The notes beneath the pieces are model-generated. The model was not told where the DNA came from and searched no databases. It saw nothing but the letters and a program-made list of their open reading frames with translations. Position numbers and translations under genes: made by a program. Source: Promethearchaeia archaeon (lineage in GTDB: Archaea; Asgardarchaeota; Lokiarchaeia; Sigyniarchaeales; SOKP01). From it: a DNA stretch of 40,420 nt. Position 1 is the stretch's first letter, and the number at the start of each line of letters is the position of its first letter. Location of the stretch: the NCBI GenBank assembly GCA_029856145.1, contig JAHQWK010000010.1:1-40420 (forward strand). Reading direction: 5' to 3'. Positions 36,606-40,420 of the stretch are shown here, in pieces.

Positions 36606-38519
36606 TTAATTTGCAAGTAATAAATCTCTTTGTTCCTCTATCTCTGCAAGAAAAAGGTCTACAATTGCTAACCATTTGTTTTTTGAATCAAAATCGCTAA
36701 TAATTTTACTTGTTAATTCCTTTCCTAGCTTAAGATTTTGAATTGCTAATTCATTATTTTCAAGTGCTGTATAACAAATTCCAATTTTGATATAAGTCTG
36801 ATGGATAAACCAATCATCAGAATCAATTTCTATTGCTTTTTGGAACTCTTCTATGGCTTTTTCATACTCTTTAAAGGTTATTAAGATTTCTCCGTAAGTA
36901 TCGTGATATATTCCTTTTTCTGGTTCACTTTCTATGAGTCCTCGAAGAATCTTTAAAGGCTGTTGTTTTTTACCCAAATAAGATAACCAATATGCTTTAT
37001 AATTATGAAGAGAATTGTCTTTAGGATATTTCTCAATTAATTTTTCAATAATTTCTAATCCTGCTTCTAAATTTTTATCTTTTTTAAGAGTATATGCCTT
37101 TTTTATCATAATATCAATTTCTTTTTCAGGAAATAATTCCATCATTTTCCCTAATACCGTTAATACATCACTATATTGGTTGAAATAGAGTAGAATTCGT
37201 ATTTTTGAATTATATAATTCATAATTACTCGGGTTAATTTTGATTTCTTTATCAATTTCTTTAATTTTATCTTCGTATTGAGACACTAATGTTTCAGAAT
37301 TCTGGGATTGCATAATTTTAGTCATGTTCTGCCAAATTATTCCTTCTAGTTTATCGTAAGTTTCTTTTAATTCCTTTTTTGTCTCAATTTTATAAGCTAA
37401 ATATTTTATATATCGCGGTAAAAATTCTCTCAATGATCTCTTGAAATGCTTATGGAATATCATTTCGCAAATTTCTTCAAGAATATCATCTATAATAGAA
37501 TTTAAGCTCCCAGACCTACCAAATTTTTCTAAATATTTGTTTGTTGCAATATGTTCTTCAGTAATAGCTCGAAAGATCTTCTCTAGTTTTCCATCTGAAT
37601 GGAAATAATAATATTTATCTGGAGAAAATTCTAATTTAAAGAACTTTAAGTCATATAAATCGCTCTCTACAATCTCATTTACCCAAAAATAAAGGACTCT
37701 CTTTTTAATTGTATAATATCTCGAAAAATCCTCAAAAGATAGATAGTCAGGATAAAAATCAGGATGATTAATTGATATAAAGAGGAAAATTTTATGAAAA
37801 TCCTCTTCATCTTTCAATATTGCTTCAACTTTTGAATAATTCAATTTTAACACATTATTGAGAAATCTAAATTTAACATAGTCATCAGTTATTTTGAATT
37901 TTTCAAAAAACTGTGATGTCTTTATAGTAATTTCATCAATCCGTTTTCTTTCCTCTTCTAAAATTGTTTGCCTGTCTAAATCGTATTGTTGAAGAATCTT
38001 CGAATATTCTGATTTTCCTGATTGAGTAATTAAATATCTTTTATTCTCCTTGATGATAAATCCTTTTTGGATTAATAAACTTAGACTTTTTGATAAAGAT
38101 GATTGATTTATAGAAAATGGCTCTTTAAGAAAATCAGATCTTTTACAAAAACCATTATTATAAACCATCCATAGAATCCAATGGGAATAATTCCTCCCGC
38201 TTTTTAAAATGATTTCAGGCGGATAATTTAACCTTCGTTCCTTTTTTCCTATTTGGGATAACTCATTAAATTTCTTTTTCCCTTTTGGAGTTATTCTATA
38301 TTGTCCTCTCGCAAACTTTTCAATAAATCCTTTAAAGATTAATTTTGTGAAATGACGTGATAATGTGGCTATGGGAATTTCAATTGGTTTTTGCTCAAAA
38401 TTAGACCATTCACAACTTTCATTATTTGCCAGCATCCAAAGAATTATATGGTCATAATTTATTCTTTGTAGTTTCGAGGGGTTGAGAATCTCTTCAGAGG
38501 GATAATTTATTTCTCCCAT
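36606..38519 (-). CDS. tandem winged-helix + TPR-repeat protein (putative regulator)
   Basis: Two N-terminal repeats ('NYDHIILWM...KGFIEK...YRITPKGK' and 'NYSHWILWM...KGFIIK...YLITQSGK'); C-terminal TPRs ('YHDTYGEIL...YEKAIEEFQKAIEI'). Confidence 0.85.
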   Translation of the reverse strand: MGEINYPSEEILNPSKLQRINYDHIILWMLANNESCEWSNFEQKPIEIPIATLSRHFTKLIFKGFIEKFARGQYRITPKGKKKFNELSQIGKKERRLNYPPEIILKSGRNYSHWILWMVYNNGFCKRSDFLKEPFSINQSSLSKSLSLLIQKGFIIKENKRYLITQSGKSEYSKILQQYDLDRQTILEEERKRIDEITIKTSQFFEKFKITDDYVKFRFLNNVLKLNYSKVEAILKDEEDFHKIFLFISINHPDFYPDYLSFEDFSRYYTIKKRVLYFWVNEIVESDLYDLKFFKLEFSPDKYYYFHSDGKLEKIFRAITEEHIATNKYLEKFGRSGSLNSIIDDILEEICEMIFHKHFKRSLREFLPRYIKYLAYKIETKKELKETYDKLEGIIWQNMTKIMQSQNSETLVSQYEDKIKEIDKEIKINPSNYELYNSKIRILLYFNQYSDVLTVLGKMMELFPEKEIDIMIKKAYTLKKDKNLEAGLEIIEKLIEKYPKDNSLHNYKAYWLSYLGKKQQPLKILRGLIESEPEKGIYHDTYGEILITFKEYEKAIEEFQKAIEIDSDDWFIHQTYIKIGICYTALENNELAIQNLKLGKELTSKIISDFDSKNKWLAIVDLFLAEIEEQRDLLLAN

Positions 38520-38547
38520 ATTTTAAAAAAACAAAATAATATTTTCG

Positions 38548-38584
38548 ATAGGTATAAATTGGGAACGTTTCTATTTATACCTAT
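38548..38584. promoter_or_regulatory. perfect 12-bp inverted repeat (candidate operator) in a divergent promoter region
   Basis: ATAGGTATAAAT-N13-ATTTATACCTAT; each arm carries a TTTATA box in opposite orientation. Confidence 0.6.
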
Positions 38585-38745
38585 TTTTCAAAACTTCCAC
38601 ATAATTTCGGAATTTTCATGGAATTGTCGAAAGTAGAACTATATATGGATGGATACCCACATCTTTCATTGATCATCATTTAGATGATAAAACTAAAATC
38701 AAAAACTAAAAAAAAGATTTGAATAAAAAAATTTTTAAGGTGAAA

Positions 38746-39372
38746 ATGGTAGTGAAAAAGAAACAAAAAGTGACTAAAGCTTTACTAGCTACTTCATTTT
38801 TAATAGGTATCATCGCCCTTGTGGCACCAGTGATGGCTTGTGGCACTAATGGCGTTTTAATCATTGCGAAAGGGGATGACGCAGATATCGCTGGAGCTAC
38901 TACTTCAATCATAGCAATGATTGATTTCGATAAGGCTAGCGGCCTCCCTTCAGTGGCACAATTAGTATTCCAAACAAAAATCTATGATGAATCAGGTGAG
39001 AAAATTTATTCAATAAAGGGAAAGCTTAAAGATGGTTTGGTTATAAGCGACAGCTTTCAATTTTATTGCGAAGTAAGAGAAGTCCTGTGGATTAATCTTT
39101 GGTTTGTTATGGGCGAAGGAGTTATTAAAACAACAGATGCAAATTTGGAGATAGAATATCGAGGGGCAACAATAACCTTGCCAAATACGGAAGGTCAATA
39201 TCTCCCAGTTTCAATTTGGTTGATGGTAAACCCTAAAGGTGAATATCTTAAAGGTGAAGATCCCAAAGTTCATATTTGGCCAGAAGGAGGATGGGCTACT
39301 GCCATGGTTTTTATTGGTGGAATCCCGACCGTCGGTGTGGTAACCTATTTGACAAAATACATGGAAATATAG
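38746..39372 (+). CDS. putative secreted hypothetical protein
   Basis: ATG 38746 after AGGTGA RBS; basic N-terminus, hydrophobic stretch, 'PVMA-C' possible cleavage site. Confidence 0.7.
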   Translation: MVVKKKQKVTKALLATSFLIGIIALVAPVMACGTNGVLIIAKGDDADIAGATTSIIAMIDFDKASGLPSVAQLVFQTKIYDESGEKIYSIKGKLKDGLVISDSFQFYCEVREVLWINLWFVMGEGVIKTTDANLEIEYRGATITLPNTEGQYLPVSIWLMVNPKGEYLKGEDPKVHIWPEGGWATAMVFIGGIPTVGVVTYLTKYMEI

Positions 39373-39502
39373 GTTCTATAACGTTAAATCAATTGTAACA
39401 GATAAAAAATATTTTCTAAAATCTTTTTTTTTTTTCAAAAAACATTGATCTTCAATTTGATGATAAAATTAAAATAAAAAATAAATTTGGTTGATGAATA
39501 AA

Positions 39503-39899
39503 ATGACTGAAATTAAAAAACTTACAAAAATCGCATTAATTGTGGGATGCTATTATTTTTTTCATATTTGGAGTCAACCTTACATTTCTATATGATATAA
39601 CCATGAATCCTGAGGGTTTTACAAATCCCTAATTCCCCAGATTTTGGGGGGGACTTTGCTTTCTAAGTTCCCTTTTTGCAATTGTAATGCTTCGCAAAAA
39701 GGAATGGGAAGAAATTAAATTGACATTTGCGTATTTGTTAGGTTTATTTATACCAACAATAATCATTGAAGTTGCTGTATTAGCTGTATTAGGCTCCACT
39801 TTTGGAGCTTCGACTATTCTACTAGGTTCATCTACTATAACTATAGAGTCTGTACTTTTTTTGCTTGGAATTGTCTATTATATCAAACAGAGAAGCTAA
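39503..39899 (+). pseudogene. disrupted 4-TM membrane protein gene
   Basis: MTEIKKLTKIALIV then an extra G in GTGGGAT (~39544-39546); continues DAIIFFIFGVNLTF...FTNP, TAA at 39630-39632, then FPRFWGG... in frame with the 39687..39899 ORF. Confidence 0.7.
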
Positions 39900-40180
39900 A
39901 CCTAAAAAATGAATAAATTTCAAATTAAATTTTTTTTTCTTTTTTCTTATTCAGAGAATCATTCCAATATATTCACATATTTTATCTTATAGAACTTCTA
40001 CAAATATGATTCAAATAAGAAACTTATATACTTCTTTTTTTCTATCAAAAACTTAATAATTAATGCTAAGATGGCATTTAATTTTTGAAAATAAATATAG
40101 ATCTTATCCTTCTTTACAATAGATTTAAAACAATAATTAGCTTAGATATTCATAAGAGTATAATCCAAACAAATGAGTAT

Positions 40181-40420
40181 ATGTCCCATCCTGCGCTGAA
40201 TCAATTAACAAGAGCAGAAGAACTTTTTGATGCTGGTAAGCTTGATGAAGCTCTTGAAATATTGAACGATCAAAGTCAATATGAGGGGCTTAGTCTTCAG
40301 CAAAAAAGTTATTTTCAGTTTCTTAAGGGATTAATTCTCTTATATCTTAATAAAGGGGAAGATCTCATTAGTTTAGGCGAGACAATTTATAAAGAAGGTC
40401 AAAAATATAATGATAATCTC
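40181..40420 (+). CDS. TPR-like protein, 3'-truncated by window edge
   Basis: ATG 40181, open to the window end: MSHPALNQLTRAEELFDAGKLDEALEILND...YFQFLKGLILLYLNKGED. Confidence 0.75.
   Translation, partial: MSHPALNQLTRAEELFDAGKLDEALEILNDQSQYEGLSLQQKSYFQFLKGLILLYLNKGEDLISLGETIYKEGQKYNDNL

Noticed and set aside
235-39198. Numerous short overlapping or antisense ORFs in the track (e.g. 235..420, 4636..4866, 11452..11763, 22352..22780, 28415..28600, 29583..29891, 39010..39198)
   Set aside because: They are shadows of well-supported genes and carry no motifs.
1-40420. tRNA, rRNA, CRISPR arrays, transposases
   Set aside because: None recognised by eye; a tRNAscan-SE/Infernal run would be needed to exclude small RNAs.

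Overview
This is an AT-rich archaeal chromosomal window. The archaeal uL16/L10e gene, split acyl-CoA mutase, many TPR and zinc-ribbon proteins, expanded B12-radical SAM genes and a PCI-like protein suggest an Asgard archaeon, probably Lokiarchaeia; this is an inference. Contents in order: small ORFs of possible mobile origin, grpE, an MNT-HEPN pair, an isobutyryl-CoA-mutase-type operon (large and small subunits plus meaB), an SDR, and a ~17 kb envelope/lipid-glycan modification cluster. That cluster holds 3 B12-radical SAMs, glf, 3 GT2s, a deacetylase, an acyltransferase, a sulfotransferase, a LuxE-like synthetase and a CDP-alcohol phosphotransferase. After it come an MSMEG_0568-type radical SAM, rpl10e, an ACD-alpha homolog lacking its catalytic His loop, hps, a sensor kinase and TPR regulators. 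The main discovery is missing from the ORF track: a NifU/Nfu-type Fe-S carrier gene (33196-33453, +) interrupted right after its CxxC motif by a 30-nt insertion (33334-33363) with an in-frame UAG. The insertion folds into a canonical bulge-helix-bulge (BHB) motif, and the predicted splicing-endonuclease cut sites restore a 75-aa NifU domain exactly. It is therefore a candidate tRNA-type intron in an Asgard protein-coding mRNA.
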